Assembly: GCA_030704615.1 (NCBI GenBank)
Contig: CM060732.1
Span: 79,980,001-80,044,000, forward strand
Direction: 5' to 3'
Origin: Takakia lepidozioides
Lineage: Eukaryota; Plantae; Bryophyta
DNA: 64,000 nucleotides
Under the pieces are notes generated by a model, which saw only the letters and a program-made list of their open reading frames with translations, was not told the origin of the DNA and searched no databases. A program made the position numbers and the translations under genes. Of the stretch, positions 63,589 to 64,000 are shown piece after piece. Positions within the stretch are counted from its first letter, which is position 1, and each line of letters opens with the position of its first letter.

Positions 63589-64000
63589 CACTACAAGAGA
63601 TGAGCGTTTTTAGGACTACGGATTTGGCGGAGTCATAAAAACGGCACTAGGTATACGACTACAGAGCGCTGAAATGCGTTGCAGTCATAGTTTTATCACT
63701 TTATAGTAATGGATATCACTACATGACTCCGGAAAATTAGGGAGCATTGGTCAAACATTGTTGACCATGGTGACAAGGATGGTTTTATGACTAGTGTGAT
63801 ATGTTTGACTAGACGTGGACGACGTTTCATGGAATCTTGTGACTCCATGACTGAAGATGGTTTTACAGCTCTATTTATACGACTACATCCCTACACGTGT
63901 CATTTTGAAAGCACATACATGAATGTATTCATCCATTGGATGAGTTTATCCATCGATGACATGGCATGTAAACTTATGAGTCCCTTACTGCAAATTGTTT
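63589..64000. mobile_element. CACTA element terminus (runs off the window)
   Basis: CACTACAAGAGA start; ~400 bp similar to 22556-23000. Confidence 0.88.

Overview
Eukaryotic DNA, most likely from a non-seed land plant (GT-AG introns, plant-type golgin GC5, RPS3a and BELL fragments), dominated by nested and decayed transposons. From left to right: (1) a region of orphan exon fragments (BELL homeodomain, FYRC). (2) An unknown gene split by an 11.2-kb Ty3/Gypsy retrotransposon (5669-16910). Its pol carries a DNMT3-like C5 DNA methyltransferase between protease and RT and a PHD finger after the integrase. Its LTR is split/permuted (A...B-A-B) at a 10-bp palindrome, it has a self-priming PBS, and it is flanked by a probable 4-bp TSD. 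(3) A nest of Tf1/Tcn1-like chromovirus pieces, a CACTA end carrying intron-containing RPS3a fragments, and an apparent inversion. (4) An intact multi-exon golgin candidate 5 (TMF1-like) gene, 32735-41547. (5) A predicted intact 5-exon gene (43272-45306) encoding three Z-alpha (Z-DNA/Z-RNA binding) winged-helix domains, unexpected in a plant. (6) A MULE/SWIM-type transposase gene interrupted by a ~14-kb CACTA element with head-to-head TnpA-like and TnpD genes, then by a second CACTA that runs off the window. Family calls come from motif recognition by eye; no database searches were run.
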